Positions 48,901 to 59,876 of a stretch of 64,000 nucleotides of DNA are shown here, one piece after another. A program made the position numbers and the translations under genes. This stretch comes from Antedon mediterranea. Taxonomy: Eukaryota > Animalia > Echinodermata. Each line of letters opens with the position of its first letter. The stretch's first letter is position 1. The notes under the pieces are model-generated. The model made no database searches. It worked only from the letters and a program-made list of their open reading frames with translations, and had not been told where the DNA came from. The DNA lies in contig NC_092671.1 in assembly GCF_964355755.1 (NCBI RefSeq), positions 6,076,001-6,140,000 on the forward strand, written 5' to 3'.

Positions 48901-51586
48901 TGCCGCTATCTTCATAGCGCAAATGAACGGAATCCCCATGAATCTAGGCAAAGTGATAACAGTCAGGTATAAATGTTTTTATTTTTAATTTAACATTTAT
49001 TTAATGGTAGGAAGCTGTGTATATGTTTTTTGTTTGTTTATCAAAACGATCATACAATAAAAAAGACACCATAAAACCTTCAAAAAAGCCCATGGGCTTC
49101 TTTAAAAAAAATTGTTATATTACTCTTGGGTGGGCTTCTTTTCAAGATGGGCTTCTTTTCGAAATGAATGCTGTAAATTTTGTGAATTACTACTACAAAA
49201 AAGATTTGTGAGACATGACCTGCCAAGTTTACATATTTGTGATCAAAATAACTTTTTTAAACTGTAAAATGAATGTTCGATATAAACTCCATACATTATA
49301 CCATCATTAATTTATAATTAACTTTATTATAAACTATATTATTTTGAATTATAAAGATAATGCAAACAAATAATAAGATAATTAAAGATAAAATTGTTTT
49401 TTTGTCAGCTTGACAGCTACCCTGGCATCAATAGGAGCAGCCAGTGTACCTAGTGCTGGTCTCATCACGTTACTGCTTGTCCTCTCTGCAGTTGGCATAC
49501 CAGCACAAGATGTTAGCCTCATCTTTTTGGTTGACTGGTTTCTGTACGTATTATTTTCAATACTATTTTGTAAAAAATGTATTATATAGTTTGAAGGTTT
49601 GCATGGCGAAATCAAATGTTGATATAAAGTTTGCGGTACATCACGCATATAGAGTCCTGAAAGAATGTATATATAATTCGTAAAAGAATGTATATATAGT
49701 TCTGAAAAGAACTGTTGAGTTCATTCTCACTCTTGAGGACGATCAAAGTATATTGACCGAAACGTCGAGAAATATACGTGGTGTACCGAAAACTTTATAT
49801 CAACGTTTAGTGTATTTAAAAATAGACTGCCTTGGAATTTCTCTGAGCCAGATTACTACTACTATATTTTATTTGTTTTTTGGGTATTTACATTTTTTTT
49901 CTTCTTCACCGATACTTCTTGCATTACATATTTAATAGTTCATGGTGATGATTTTAAAAACTCTCATATTTTCAGATCATTAATCTGAATTTGAATATCA
50001 AATGAGCTTTTACTTAATACTTTTTTATTTTTAGAAATCCTATGTCATATTAAGCAATAAATTATAGAATTAATTTGTTTAGCAATACCTTTTAAAGAAG
50101 ATTATACGAAAATAAAATAATGACAGATTTATATTCAAAATCTATTATATCTCTAGCAATACTTTATTGTTTTTTTATTTTCAAATTGTATGTTGAAAAT
50201 GTTTAAAGATTTGTTATAAGAATTCTGTTATCTTTTTCATACAATAGTGCTTAATAACATATGAGCTGTTTATGTTTTTTAAGTATTAAAGTTTTACTGA
50301 TATTCTGATAGGAACAATACTGATAGTAAGTGTATATTACCTTGTGTAGCATTCTTGTGAATGAATGATAGGTATACGCAAGCATTCATTCTTTTCATAA
50401 GTTAGGAGCATTCCTATTGGAATTAAACATTTTTTTCCGATTGATGACTCGCCACAAATATTTGACATGACAATTAAAAAAAACATTATGTTGTGCGGCG
50501 AACAGCTAAGCATGTCAGGGCGGACGTGCGAGTGTTCAAGTTTAGCCTTCAACCATATCTCACAGGACATTTTTATTCTCTTTTTCGTGGATAACTTCAC
50601 GAATTGTCAGAAATTATTTATTCTTGATTGATACGCGAACCTTGACACTGAACAGATTCTTTTCAAGCCTGACAGAAAAATGTAATCTATCGTAGAACAG
50701 CTTGTTTTTACGAAGAAAGTTTTATCCATTGAGGCTGATTTTTGTTTCATTATCAGATGATTGTATACCCGGTATTAGATTATGTATCATTTGGGAGATT
50801 GTTCTTTTTCCATGAACTTGTTATTTTAAAATGATGTCAGAATATCATAAGGTGATATATACAAATATTGACTGCTTAGAAGTTAAATATAACGTGATAT
50901 AAACCACTATTATTACTATTACACTATTCTATTACACATTTTTTGAAGGTAGTTACATTTTAAAAAAATAATAATCAATGATGAAATTTATTTATTTTAG
51001 GAATGTATAGTAACAAAATGTAATTTATAATCTAAACATTTTATTATTATTGTTTATTAAAAAAAAGATTTAAAAAAAATTGTTCTTTATTTTTAAATTT
51101 TTGGTTATGAAAAAAAATGTTGAACATTTGTTCTAAGCTCTGTCTACACTATCAAACTTTGTGTGACAAAAATGTGATGTGCCCATATATGGACATGATA
51201 TAATGGTCATATCACTACCATATTTGGGCATATCACACTTTTTTTTTATAAAAGTAGTTTGATAGTGTAGACAGAGCTTAAGTCTATATTTAAATGTTTG
51301 ATGTTGATGAATACACATTACCTGTACGTTCATTATTCATTTAACTCTCTACTCAACTTTGACCTTCAGTGATCGCTGTCGAACATCCATCAATGTACTT
51401 GGAGACTCGTTTGGTGCTGCAATAGTAGATCATCTTTCAAAGACAGAAATGAACGCAGTTGAAGAAGGGATGCAGAAGTTGGAGGAAGGGGATGCTAATG
51501 AAATGGATGGCCTAACAAAGCCGAACGAAGCGGATGGCGTCGATGGAGTCCGATCTGATAACGGAAGTAAAGATACAACCTTGTAG
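39745..51586 (+). CDS. SLC1A2: Excitatory amino acid transporter (SLC1 family, EAAT2/GLT-1-like), 9 coding exons, 538 aa
   Basis: join(39745-39997, 41479-41689, 42298-42340, 44045-44249, 47555-47681, 48077-48307, 48772-48966, 49409-49543, 51370-51586) = 1617 nt. All introns are GT-AG with consistent phases. Motifs: [82 protein letters not shown] and AAS.PSAG are EAAT2-type signatures; orthology is inferred. Confidence 0.93.
40753..40840. repeat. C-rich 18-bp minisatellite (CCCCTCCATCCCACTCCT, ~4.5 units)
   Basis: Seen directly; located in EAAT intron 1. Confidence 0.9.
41479..41689 (+). CDS. SLC1A2: EAAT coding exon 2 (TM3, loop)
   Basis: cttgacag|[34 protein letters not shown]|gtaaat. Confidence 0.93.
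41718..41835. mobile_element. MITE family A (internally shortened)
   Basis: Family TIRs, starting 29 nt after the EAAT exon 2 donor. Confidence 0.8.
41941..42017. mobile_element. MITE family A minimal derivative (77 bp, almost only TIRs)
   Basis: AGCTCTGTCTACACTATCAAACT ... AGTTTGACAGTGTAGACAGAGCT. Confidence 0.85.
42298..42340 (+). CDS. SLC1A2: EAAT coding exon 3 (43 nt)
   Basis: tttttag|[15 protein letters not shown]|gtaagt. Confidence 0.92.
43160..43284. mobile_element. MITE family A, left end missing
   Basis: Body and right TIR present. Confidence 0.8.
44045..44249 (+). CDS. SLC1A2: EAAT coding exon 4 (glycosylated extracellular loop)
   Basis: ttttcag|TQTYYEP..GGMNVLG|gtatgt. Confidence 0.9.
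44295..44525 (+). mobile_element. tRNA-derived SINE
   Basis: B box GGTTCAAGTCC, body shared with 44778-44933, 3' end shared with 29940-30144, A-rich tail. Confidence 0.8.
44778..44933 (+). mobile_element. tRNA-derived SINE, second partial copy
   Basis: GGCTACCAATC.AAGGGT.CTGGGTTC and AACTCCACTCCCAAAGAC.TAATAA are shared with the 44295 copy. Confidence 0.75.
45262..45416. mobile_element. MITE family A with TAA TSD
   Basis: TAA|AGCTCTGTCTACACTATCAAACT ... TAGTGTAGACAGAGCT|TAA. Confidence 0.88.
45852..45875. repeat. (AAG)n microsatellite
   Basis: Eight AAG units. Confidence 0.9.
46378..46457. mobile_element. 80-bp mini-transposon with 5-bp TSD
   Basis: GTCAG|CAGGTGCGGAT ... ATCCGCACCTG|GTCAG, with a perfect 11-bp TIR and a poly-C core. 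Confidence 0.75.
47555..47681 (+). CDS. SLC1A2: EAAT coding exon 5 (TM4c-TM5; absent from the ORF track)
   Basis: gaaag|[45 protein letters not shown]|gtaagt. Confidence 0.92.
48077..48307 (+). CDS. SLC1A2: EAAT coding exon 6 (TM5-TM6-HP1)
   Basis: ttatag|[43 protein letters not shown]|gtacta. Confidence 0.94.
48772..48966 (+). CDS. SLC1A2: EAAT coding exon 7 (HP1b-TM7, NMDGT)
   Basis: ttctcag|[56 protein letters not shown]|gtataa. Confidence 0.95.
49409..49543 (+). CDS. SLC1A2: EAAT coding exon 8 (HP2-TM8a, 135 nt)
   Basis: ttgtcag|[47 protein letters not shown]|gtacgt. Confidence 0.94.
49614..49808 (+). mobile_element. Probable solo Penelope pLTR remnant: hammerhead motif between 37-bp inverted repeats
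   Basis: 49614-49650 AAATGTTGATATAAAGTTTGCGGTACATCACGCATAT is the reverse complement of 49772-49808 with 4 mismatches. A hammerhead fold lies at 49730-49769. Confidence 0.65.
49730..49769 (+). ncRNA. Minimal type-I hammerhead ribozyme motif (sense strand of EAAT intron 8)
   Basis: CUC-UUGAGGA-C-GAUCAA(AGUAUA)UUGACC-GAAAC-GUC-GAG. The core (C/U)UGAnGA..GAAA, palindromic stem III and GUC cleavage triplet are present; stem II has one mismatch. Confidence 0.65.
51136..51278. mobile_element. MITE family A
   Basis: Complete TIR pair. Confidence 0.88.
51370..51586 (+). CDS. SLC1A2: EAAT coding exon 9 (TM8b, C-tail, stop)
   Basis: cttcag|[30 protein letters not shown]. Confidence 0.92.
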
Positions 51587-54500
51587 TGATTATATACACG
51601 CAGTTAAGGCTAATTGATACTAGTATGTAATGGTTCGCCAGAACACAGAAAATATATTGTTGGTGTAACTTGTAGAAAGATTCGGTTGTGGTATTTCTAT
51701 AATTTTGATCAGAAGTTTCTTTGGTAATATGTGGAGAAGGTCACACAGAGTTGATCTTGACATAGTGATGTATGTCTGTACAGTATTTTATTATTTTAAA
51801 GTTTAAACAATTGTTTAATGTAATCTATCGTTTAGAAGAAGTAACAAATGGATAATGTGTGTTAAAAAAGAAATGTATAGAGAAAATTAATGGTTGAATA
51901 TCAATCGATTTAAACCATTGTATGATAAATTTATAAGAAGCATGTTTTGATGAAATTATTGTATTTGTAGGTTCAAATATCAATAATGAAAACGTCAAAG
52001 GAAAATGTAATTTTATAAAATTGAAAAAAAAAAACCAAATGAAATCCAGGCCGAGTTCAACTTAAATGAACAAACAAAAAGAACAAAAGTTATAGATAAG
52101 GATCTAGTTAATTGATCTTCAATCCTTTGTTGGATTCGGTTTCAAAGACAATAGTACAACTGTCTAATTCTATTAAATATCTAATTCACAAATATAACTG
52201 ATAAATACCAAATGTTATTTGATTGACATTATTTCAAATTTATACCGACCTAGATCTGGTTGCCGGACTAAAATCTAGACTGCCTTTCAATTACAGTTTT
52301 ATAGATTTCACTATACTGCAGTTTACATGATTTTTCACCAGGCTTGGTTTAAACATGGCTTTAAACAAATCATGGAGTAAACAAATATCTTAAAATGCCC
52401 CAATCCTATCCAGGATTTTCATGTCGTCTTATCTTGTACATGAAAGTGAATAAAAAAAACAACTTTTTTATTCAATTACGTTAAGTACATTAAGTACACC
52501 ACATAAATACAAAATATGGATTTTTAAAACAGAACTTACATTGACTATATTCAAGTAGCTTTTAATATATTTTGTCAATTTTTTATTTATTTTTTTTTTT
52601 CACAAAAATAAATTAGTAATTCATATAAACTTTCATACCTTTTATATTGAAACTTTTATATATGCAGATTCTGTACCAATGTTCAAACCGAATATGGTAC
52701 AAGTTTTTAACAGGGTATAATATAATAAACAAAAGTGTTTGCTGAGTACTGTCTTTGTGTAGATGTTGATATACTATTTGGTTATAATAGCTTAGCAATG
52801 CAGAGGAACTTCAGCCCCCGCAAGGGTCTGGTTATCAATGCCTGTGAATTTATATATGCGCACGCACTGTATTTTTTTGCCCAAAATATTATAAAAAATA
52901 TTGGGCTAGAATAGAAAATGTTTAATGGGTGTTTTATGGGTGTGTAATTATTACTTTGTGAAATATGATGAGTGTTCACTGCAGTGTGTCTATTGTGTAC
53001 ATCAGAATGATACAAGAATACAAACTTGTCATAAGCAGTTGATTTATTGTAAAACTGCATTGTGTCTGGTATTTGTATCCTATCTCCGAGATACATATAG
53101 GTATTTAAAAAAAAAGTTAGCACAGGGGTTCTTTAATTGAGCGTGTACTGTAGTTTTATTTATCGATGATGTGCTACTTCATTGATATTATTTTGCTTAT
53201 AACATTTTGTTATTTCTTTATTTTAAGGAATTTCTTATTTTTTGTAAAGTATCTTAAGTTAATTATAGGTGTATAACATTAGATAGTGATTAATTATACA
53301 TGTTGTTATCTTTTTGTGGTTAATGAAAATGCTTTTAGAAATCAGGTGTTGAATTTAAAGTTTTGTAAAAAGTTTAAGTCAATAAATATAGTATGTACTC
53401 CATGAAAATAGCATGTAAATCAGTAATTAATAGTCAAGAACTAATTTGAATAACACTTATTTTTACTGTATATACTTATTGAGAATTGATTTTACACTAA
53501 TGAATATTTATGAGTTATGTTTATGAATATCATGAATATTCATTAATGGTTAAGTCATTGTGAATATCATGTGCTATGGTATAATGCTATGTGTAATTTT
53601 ATGTGATCATGAATATTTACTATGGGTTGTAATTTTAATATGAATATTCATGTGAACATTACTATTTTAGTTTTCACAAATATAATGTATATTAATTATG
53701 TACCCACCAGATATAAGAATCTAGTTATTCCTAAAAATGTATTTAAATTTGCCATTTCGACACTAATATATTCATATTTTATGTTAATATGTTAATTAAT
53801 TGGATTAGTTTTCAGGAGTTAGTGATTGCCTATTTCAACTGTACATTATTTAGGTCTATAATAATTGATGTTCTGCTAATATCTTGTGATAACTTGTTAT
53901 AATAAATACTATTCAACTCTATTTTAGAGTTTCCATTGTATTAGTACTTTATACCTCTGTATAAAAATCTTTATACATTATTATCATCATTTTATACAGA
54001 AAACATTGTACAAATACCTCGCAACATATATTGACTTAGAGCCCCCAAGGGTATAAGCCCACACCCAAAATTTGAATTAAAAATGAACGAATTGAAGAAC
54101 AGTTTGGGTCCTTGATTACCATTAAACTTTAAACTTTAGGAAATGTATGGTATGTATGGGTGTGGGTTTATACATAGGTCTGTGCGTAATGTTATACTTG
54201 TACATAAGTTGAATGTTTTAAAAATATGGTTATAATATAGAGAGAATTTGATATCTTCTGGTGTTTCTGTTTATTGTTAAGATTCATAGAGCTTATTAGC
54301 TCTGTTACCAATTATTACAGTGTAATTAACGATATCACAACAATTACACCTAGTTCAATATGTAACACATTAGTTAACATTTAGTTGTAGTGTAGTAGTT
54401 GACTTAAATTAGAACAATACAATGTTTTGTTTAAAACCAAAATACATTTTTCAATCTTTTTTTGTTCAATTTGTCACCAGGTATTGTCACAGAAGCAAAA

Positions 54501-55616
54501 TGACAAGAACAGTAATTGGAACTTATGTAAGAAATTTGGAGCAAACTTATTACTGCACAACTAACTTTCACTTTTTTGAGTTACAATTAAGTTTTGTTAT
54601 TTCATAAGAAGCACAATTAATTTATAAATATTTTTAAATCCAGTATAACTTATTCATAATTTGTTGATAAGCTCAGGGTACATTTTAGGAGCAAGAGGTT
54701 ATTATAAACAATAGCCTTGTATTGTGATAGCTTAGCTAATGCAAGCATTATCAATGTCGACACAGGATGAACAACATTAGCTTTAGGTCTGACATGAATT
54801 TTCAAGAGTTAGCTTTAGGCAAAGATTTTGTCCTTACAGTCAATTTTGTATTGCGATATCAATGCTGAATGCAAGATTCTTTATGCATAACTGGAGTTAG
54901 CTAATCCATGTAGCAGTAGTTTATATTAATCCACAAACAGAACAATCTGAACACTGCATGCAGTTCATAATTCTATTCTTAGTGATAAATAATATTTTGC
55001 AGTACAGTACTTCCTTGGAAAGTTATAAACATAATAAACTATAACCGAATAGGCTACTCGCTGGAATAATTGTTCTGTTTGAATAATAAAAAAATGAGTC
55101 TGATCCCACATCCATCATACATCCATCCCTTCACCAGGTGCCAACAGTTTCCTTTTCCAAAATCAACTAAAAGCTGTTTGTTCCAGCAAATAAAGTTTAC
55201 TCTTTGTACCTTAGTTTCATACACATTTATTCAGTTATAACAATAATAACTGGGGCACTCACTAGAAGCAAAACCTTGTCTCATGAGCGCCCCTACCTTA
55301 GATTGTTTTGTTTTTTAATTTAAATTGTTTTATATATGAACTAGTGTATTGTTACAGATATTGTTTTGAAGGATGTGTATACAAGTTGTAAATGGTAGCA
55401 ATAATCCAGTGAACAATACAATTCTTAATATGTATTAAAAGTGACAATTTGTGAAATTACAGTTGTTGGTTTCATCATTTATCACTAATAAATCAATTGG
55501 TTTTTTAACATTAATGCACCTTAATATCAATCATTTTAATTGGTATGCATATGAAATTGTGGTTAGTTTTCAGTATAGAAGAGAGCTGACTACAACTACT
55601 TTTTTTGCGCCATATA

Positions 55617-56177
55617 ACACTATCACACTTTATGTGACCAAAAAAAAAAGTGATTTGCTCATATATGGACATGATGATGTCATATTACTACCTTATTTAA
55701 TCATATCACTGCCATATTTGGGTACATCACACTTTTTTATGACTACAAACCTGTTTTTTTTACTATCACACCATTTTAACATATGTACTAATATCTTTTA
55801 AAAAGGCACACATCGAAGTTTAAATTGGTTACAGCAACAATCTTAAATCTCTGTCTGCACATGAAACATTATGTGACAAAAAAATGTGATGTGCCCATAT
55901 ATGGACATGATGATGTCATACCAATACCATATTTAGGCATATCATTTTTTAATGTCACCAGAACCTTACCTGTTTTGTCTTATGTTATTGTTGTTAAATA
56001 GCAATATATTACCTTAAGCTCTGTATACACTATCAAACTTTATGTGAAAAAAAAATGTGATGTGCCCATATATGGACATGATGATGTCATACCAATACCA
56101 TATTTAGGCATATCACTACCATATTTGGGTACATCGCACCTCTTTTATCAAACTAGTTTGATAGTGTGGACAGAGCT
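55617..56177. mobile_element. Cluster of three MITE family A copies (two partial, one complete at 56017-56177)
   Basis: Family body at about 55617-55750, about 55847-55945, and 56017-56177. Confidence 0.82.
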
Positions 56178-57996
56178 TTAGTTTGCAAACGTCTAGTTTG
56201 AGATGAACAGTTTGCTAGTATGAAGTATTTTTACCTTGTAAATTAATTTAAGGGAAGACTACTCACCATAAATAAATATTTAACAAATAATTCATATGTT
56301 CTAATAATTATTATTAAATTATTTTAATAGTTAAATAGTCCAAAGAATGTACATAGAAAACATACACACATCAAATGAGCAACACATATGATTGAAATAA
56401 TGCATTTATATTTGCATTTGTTTTATTTATTTACAAAATGGAATACAAGTTATAAATTGCACATCAAACTTAGATGAATATTTTACTTTATAGTAAAAAA
56501 TAACAATTATTTACATTTCAAATTACTAATCCGAACATTCATATAATACATTTAAATTGATTGTAAAAAACTTATACAAAAACAGTAATAAGGATCAATG
56601 TGTTTCGTTTACACTTTGCTACTTTTGAAATTGCAGTGAAACATTTATTGATAGAAACATAACTAGTTTAATGAATGATAAATGATGAATAAAGTTGCTC
56701 ATGCATGACAAAATTATGTAAATTTATTCAACTGAAACAATGTAAATTTCAATGTTTCAAAGGTAGTAATTAGGTTTGAAGATATATCTATTCTAATTTG
56801 AATTTTAAAAGATTTTTTCGCAAATTAGGTTGAACGCAAGTATAAAACCATGGGGAGAAGTGACATTAAATGGATTATCAACATGTTTATTCATGCATAA
56901 ATAATATGTCTTTACTGTATGTAGAGATGTTATTATCCCTATGATCTACCATACCATAGTGATGTAGGCATTTCTTTAATTGGAGTAATTTCCATCCAAA
57001 ATGATGCAATGAGCTGACCAACTATATTTTTGTTCTTGAGTAAAAGCCTGAACAACCAAATACCCAATGTGTTGTATGTTTTATGAGTGGAATTGTACAA
57101 ATAATGGCATGAGGTGAATGATGAAAGGTTATATTTGTTCTACAAGCCTAAATACTAGTACGTACTATTGCATGCCATGTGACCCACAATCATCCAATGA
57201 AATGACAGGAATTTATTTAGATGTTATATAATATATTATATGTAACAATATAATTATGCTATTAAATAAAAATACACATACTACTAGTTTTCATGATTCT
57301 AAACTAGACATTAATATATTTGAAATTTACACACAGGTACACAGTAATTAACAACAGCCTATGGTAAAATTCAAAACAACTTCATAAGTCATGTATTTTA
57401 TTGCTTTATACAAAAACAATAAAGAACTATATTTGCTAAGACCTGTTACTAAAACAGGCATTTTTATTTTAACATTTGATATAATAATTTGTCTTAAGTT
57501 TTCTCTTGAAAGGCAAACAAAAACTGAAGATCATACTATACAGGTAATGGATGAGCGTTAACCATACCCTGCGGTATTGCGACATGCGCCGATGAAAGCT
57601 TTGATGGATCGTAGGCACACAAAATAATTTCCCTTCCCTATGGATATCTGTAGCATTTATATCTCAGAAAGAACATATGCGCACATTGATGTATTCTTAG
57701 TGTCAACACGCGACACATAAAATCAACGCTACAGGGGTTTTTAAAGTATGATACATCATTAGATTTCTCTGAACTGACAACGGGATAATTATGGGATTAG
57801 AAGAAAAAAAACCTCTGGCTTATTGTAACTTTTCTTCTTTTTTCAAAAAGTCTTATATCGTGTTTCAAAATAATGTAGAAAATAAATTATGTTTAGGGAT
57901 GTATATATCTAGTCTAGTTGTCCCATGAACTAGAGGATCGTAGGGGTGTAGCAGATGAGATACAGTTCAGTCCTTCCATATTAGTAGTATAGTGTT

Positions 57997-58795
57997 AAAA
58001 CAAGGCCAACAGCCATTAAGTCGCGTGCTACAATGCATAGTGATACCGGACCGACAGACAAACAGACCGACAGACAGACAGACCGACAGAAAGACGGACC
58101 GACCGACATACTGAACTATACTGACCGAAATTACTGAACATGTTTAAAAATGTTGAAATGTTTAAAAACATTTATATTTTTTTAATTTACACGTGCGTAG
58201 CCTGTCACTTTTGACGTGCTCGTATAACGTAATTTCGAGTTGAAAAGTAAGTAAAGAAAACAGAAATCGGGCAAAAAGAGTGCGCAATAACATTTAACGC
58301 GCAGTGCGCGCGCAAAAATCTGCGCACTCATGGCAATTTTGTAAACGCTTAAAATTGCCTGAAACGTACTCTTATTTCATCGAAAATAAATTTTGAAAAT
58401 TTTAAGCGCGCGTACGCATGCGTTACATGCGCTACGCACGTAATTGTATTGCCATATGATGATTTATGCCCTGAAATTTATGAGTACCAAATTTTATTTA
58501 ATTGTGATTCATGGTTGTTAAGATATGATTACAAACGTGATTTCGTTAAATCGTGCGTAGACCGCGTAATTTTTTATTGCGCACCGTGAAAACATAACCA
58601 CATCGATTCCTGGCCATAAGGAATATTCTGTGAAAAATTGACTTAGCTAGATTAAACTGATATCAAGATAAGGTCATAAAGCGATAAAACGCATAGTGAT
58701 ACCGGACCGACAGACAGACAGACAGACCGACAGACCGACAGACAGACCGACCGACCAACATAGTGAACTATAGAGTCGCTTCCACGCGACTAAAA
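57997..58795 (-). mobile_element. DINE-1/Helentron-like non-autonomous element with (GTCT/GTCG)n microsatellite
   Basis: The minus-strand 5' end is TTTTTAGTCGCGTG-GAA-GCGACT (subTIR + IR), followed by the microsatellite. The other end is CACGCGACT + short hairpin + TTGTTTT. The microsatellite module occurs twice (58035-58120, 58691-58770). Confidence 0.75.
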
Positions 58796-59660
58796 ATACG
58801 ATAAAAATGACTATATTTAATTCACATAATTGTTCTTTACAAAATACAGTTTCAAGTCATGTTCAGATGGAATATGTTCATTCATTGAAACATGAATTAT
58901 TTGTATATTGCGCTATTTCATTCCTTTTGTGATGTCTATTTTCTCGCACACACATTTATTTTCAAATTGACAGTATATTGCCATGGAATAATTAATAATT
59001 GAAGGTAATTTAATTAGGCAATATAATGGTGAACATATGTTGAATAACTTTTAACATAAATAACTGCTGTCATTAACTTTAGAAGACATTATTAATTCAT
59101 ATGGAATATTAAGTACTGTTAATGTTATATAATATATTATTAATCCTACAATATATTATATTACTGATTGAATTACTACATTTTATAGTTTATGATTTAC
59201 AACACACTTTTCATTTTTATATATAATGAGACCTAATTTGATGATTGAATTGAACTTTGCTTTAGTGTCATGCATGCCTAATAATCCAAGCTTTCCAGCA
59301 AGAAGGATTTTCATCTGCCCACAAGATGGACAATTCCATGAGCAGTTGGATGTCGCACAGAACTAAATTTTATCAAGTAACGGTATACAATAGCAGGTCT
59401 ACTATTAAAGATCACTTTTATAAATAAAAAGTATATTCCCTGTCTAGGGTACTGTTCAAAGGGTGGTGGACACATTTTTCCCCTTGTTGTGATATAGCTA
59501 GAAAGCAGGATTGCTTAAACCAATATAATAGGCCCTTAACCTGTTGCAATAGTACCTAATTTGCTGCCTCAGATGCCAAATTAAGTTTGGTACCTAATTT
59601 GGCAGTGGATCCTAATTCGGCGTGACATCTGCAGTCTCTAATTAGAGGGGCATCTGTGCT

Positions 59661-59876
59661 TCATTCAATAATCCTAGATATAAATTCATCATATGATATC
59701 TTCCCATCCATGTTTTCATCAAACTCGCTGAGAACATGATACAAATCTTCATCATCTATGTGGATCTGCATGCTGCCGGTGAGAATGCTCTTAAACTCCA
59801 CAATACTTAGAAAGCCATCGTTGTTGAGGTCAGCTTTACGAAAAGCCCTGCGTAGACTTTTCCAGTTTTGTAGAAG
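59661..59876 (-). CDS. EFCAB6-like terminal exon (two canonical EF-hands)
   Basis: 72 codons including TGA; loops DLNNDGFLSIVE and DENMDGKISYDE. Confidence 0.88.
   Translation of the reverse strand, partial: LLQNWKSLRRAFRKADLNNDGFLSIVEFKSILTGSMQIHIDDEDLYHVLSEFDENMDGKISYDEFISRIIE

Noticed and set aside
39723-49683. ORFs 39723-40094, 48604-48951, 49382-49648 and 49444-49683
   Set aside because: Antisense or off-frame shadows of EAAT exons.
50330-50720. CpG-richer block with an 87-aa minus ORF in EAAT intron 8
   Set aside because: No recognisable domain, splice sites or termini. Probably an old repeat fragment that I cannot classify.
57500-57790. GC-richer block as a further exon of the EF-hand gene
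   Set aside because: The gene already terminates at TGA 59661, and I found no convincing frame or splice pair.
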